DNA of 63,447 nt, counting the filler. It is 5 parts of 5 records of this genome, joined end to end, with 100 filler letters (N's around TTAATTAATTAA, not from the genome) between each part and the next. Parts side by side here need not be neighbours in the genome. Positions count along the whole stretch, not along the records: positions 57,174 to 63,447 come from DRR378314_2155; 4 more parts are not named here. One strand, written 5' to 3'. Each line of letters begins with the position of its first letter. The first letter of the stretch is position 1. Made by a program: the position numbers and the translations under genes. The notes below the pieces were generated by a model. It was not told the origin of the DNA, made no database searches, and saw only the letters and a list, made by a program, of their open reading frames with translations. Below are positions 61,453-63,447 of the stretch, in pieces.

Positions 61453-62742
61453 CTATTCAATCTGTGGGGCAAGCCGTTTGGCCAGGATGCCGATCAGGAT
61501 CACGGCGACGACAAGAAACACGGCGCCGATCATCCAAGCCGTCGGTGTGGAGTAGACCTCAGCGATAGCACCCGCCAAAATCAGGCCCAAAGCTGCCCCG
61601 AGTTGCTGTATCAGCGACTTCAGAGACAGCATTGTGGATCGCTGGCGGTCTTCTACGCATCTGTGCAGAATACTGCTGGCTGGGGTCTCAGAAACACCGA
61701 GGACTACAGAATACAGGATGAAAACCGTCATGAAGCCGACGATACTGCCTTGCAAAGCCAATGCGATCTGAACGCCCGCCATGCAGACAAAAGCCGCCGC
61801 AAGTGTAAACGCATGCCGCCGTTTGAAAATCCGATTGATACGCGGAGACAGCGACGCGCCGAATGCGATTGAGAAGAAATAGGCAGCGGTTAGAACGCCA
61901 ATGGCCGTGTTTGCATAGTCCTCATCTAACATTGGCTTCGCACGGGTCGGCCAGAGCACCTCGACCGGATTGGTCGCCATCAGGAAAAACGCCAGAGCCG
62001 CTAAAAGCGCCGACAATGCCGGATGTCTCAGTGCGAGAAGTCCTGCGTCTTTGATCACCAGCGGTACAGATGCAAAGCCCTGTTTCAAAGCTTGGGCGTT
62101 CAGTGGGCGCGGTTTTTCCACAATGAAGATCTGTGTGTAGACAAACACTCCAAACATTACTGCCAAGCTTGCCACGTAAGAAACATCATAGACACTGAAA
62201 CCCTGCCTCTCTGCCGCTGAACCTAAGAGATCGGGCAGAAGCCCTCCCAAAACAGCCCCCACAGCCAAGCCCATGGCGTTGGCCCATTGTGCTTTTGCAA
62301 GAGCAGGTTGAACGTCCACATTCGGCGCGGCGGCTTTGAAGGTTTCAATGAACCATGCGTCGAGCGTGCCAGACCGGAGTGCACGTCCAAAACCGATGAA
62401 GACAAACGAGAGCGCGAGAACATAGAAATCGCTTGTCGATAGAAAGAGCGCCAGAGAGATCACACTGGCGACGACCGCTGTCAGAAAGACCGGCTTGCGT
62501 CCAATGTTGTCGGCCAATCCGCCGAACGGGAGTTCCATCGCTATGGTTGTAATTGAGTAGATCCCAAAAAGTAGCGAAATCTGGAAGAGGTCCATACCTC
62601 GATCGGTCAAGGCCAGTGCAACAACGGCAACCGTCAAACCCATCGCAAAACGATCGAGAAACTGATGGACCTGAAATACCCGGATGTGCCGTCTCGCCGG
62701 AGCGGTCAGCGCCGCGATGGAGAACTCTAATTCCGTTGCCAT
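61453..62742 (-). CDS. MFS transporter (efflux-like), apparently accessory
   Basis: About 12 TM segments; motif A ELPFGGLADNIGRK; SGTLDAW. Confidence 0.88.
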   Translation of the reverse strand: MATELEFSIAALTAPARRHIRVFQVHQFLDRFAMGLTVAVVALALTDRGMDLFQISLLFGIYSITTIAMELPFGGLADNIGRKPVFLTAVVASVISLALFLSTSDFYVLALSFVFIGFGRALRSGTLDAWFIETFKAAAPNVDVQPALAKAQWANAMGLAVGAVLGGLLPDLLGSAAERQGFSVYDVSYVASLAVMFGVFVYTQIFIVEKPRPLNAQALKQGFASVPLVIKDAGLLALRHPALSALLAALAFFLMATNPVEVLWPTRAKPMLDEDYANTAIGVLTAAYFFSIAFGASLSPRINRIFKRRHAFTLAAAFVCMAGVQIALALQGSIVGFMTVFILYSVVLGVSETPASSILHRCVEDRQRSTMLSLKSLIQQLGAALGLILAGAIAEVYSTPTAWMIGAVFLVVAVILIGILAKRLAPQIE

Positions 62743-62892
62743 GGTCGCACCTTCTGCTCTGCAGGCGACTTGCGCAATACCTAGGCGACGCTGACAACTT
62801 TCCTGAGCGCACTAAAGCGGTCGCTCGAACAAGTGCGGCGAAAGCTCGGTTTGTCCGCAAATCAGACAATCCAACATTCTGACATGCCAACG

Positions 62893-62919
62893 AAAAACGC
62901 CGCAAGTGAACCTGCGGCG
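62893..62919 (-). terminator. Rho-independent terminator after bactofilin
   Basis: cgccgca-N8-tgcggcg followed on the minus strand by TTTTT. Confidence 0.7.
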
Positions 62920-62948
62920 CTCATATACTCTGATACCAGATCAGGAAG

Positions 62949-63447
62949 TTACTGTTTTACTTCCGCCGCCGGGTTGGCACCGGATTTGCCGCTGCGACCG
63001 GGGTTCAGCGGGTCGTCCTGACGCTGCACAGAACCCTCAAAATGCGCACCGCTTTCGATGGCGATGGTCTTGTGGATGATGTCGCCTTCGACACGCGCGG
63101 TCGAGGTCAGGCGTACCTTCAGGCCACGGACGCGACCAACGATACGGCCGTTGACGACGACGTCATCGGCGGTGACCTCACCTTTGATGGTGGCCGTCTC
63201 GCCGATGGTCAGCAGATGGGCGCGGATGTCGCCCTCAATCGTGCCCTCGACTTGAATGTCGCCCGAGGTCTTGATGTTGCCGGTGATGTGCAGATCAGAG
63301 GACAGAACCGATGCGGGCGGCTTGGGTTTAGGCGGGGTGCTTGCCTTGGTTTCAGCCGGTGCAGGCGATACCGGAGTTGCCGGCGCGGCGGGTTTTGCTG
63401 CCTCGGTTTCTTTCGATCCGGGCTCGTTGATTTTGCTCTTAGAAAAC
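62949..63447 (-). CDS. Bactofilin (polymer-forming cytoskeletal protein); the ATG is cut by the window edge
   Basis: Hand translation: (M)FSKSKINEPG, a Pro/Ala-rich linker, then SVLSSDLHITGNIKTSGDIQVEGTIEGDI...VEGDIIHKTIAIESGAHFEG; TAA at 62949-62951. Not in the ORF track. Confidence 0.93.
   Translation of the reverse strand, partial: FSKSKINEPGSKETEAAKPAAPATPVSPAPAETKASTPPKPKPPASVLSSDLHITGNIKTSGDIQVEGTIEGDIRAHLLTIGETATIKGEVTADDVVVNGRIVGRVRGLKVRLTSTARVEGDIIHKTIAIESGAHFEGSVQRQDDPLNPGRSGKSGANPAAEVKQ

Overview
This window is not one locus. It is five unrelated contigs joined by 100-nt artificial spacers (N-run + TTAATTAATTAA + N-run), typical of a concatenated metagenome. (1) 1-22651: AT-rich marine Flavobacteriaceae-type DNA. 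It carries a >3000-aa DUF11/Ig/Ca-binding-repeat adhesin that the ORF track missed, a serine hydrolase-TPR lipoprotein, mnmE, miaE, a CPA1 antiporter, a USP-SulP-GH73-like operon, dnaX with an A11 slippery run at the gamma/tau boundary, and msrA. (2) 22752-38579: Rhodobacteraceae-type DNA with an uncharacterised glycosyltransferase/large MscS/peptide-ABC/small methyltransferase neighbourhood, followed by an IclR-pimFBC-like beta-oxidation operon. (3) 38680-48378: intron-containing eukaryotic (protist-like) DNA with a four-exon GET1/WRB-like gene and a multi-exon AP-4 epsilon adaptin, both reconstructed here by hand. (4) 48479-57073: part of a gammaproteobacterial (Halomonas-like, by inference) NRPS siderophore cluster with pvdE-, pvdA- and pvdF-like genes, a TonB receptor, a FhuD-like binding protein and a terminal A-T-TE module. 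It has back-to-back PvdS/OrbS-type promoters and a Fur box. (5) 57174-63447: Rhodobacteraceae core genes (pdhA, ftsB, pgk, two cyclophilins, aqpZ, an accessory MFS gene, bactofilin). I found no CRISPR array, rRNA, tRNA or transposase. I cannot prove a new system from sequence alone. The best candidates are the glycosyltransferase-MscS-ABC-methyltransferase cluster, the formyl-hydroxamate siderophore cluster, and the plug-in cargo domains of the giant adhesin. Taxonomic labels are inferred from composition, promoter motifs and protein style, not from database searches.
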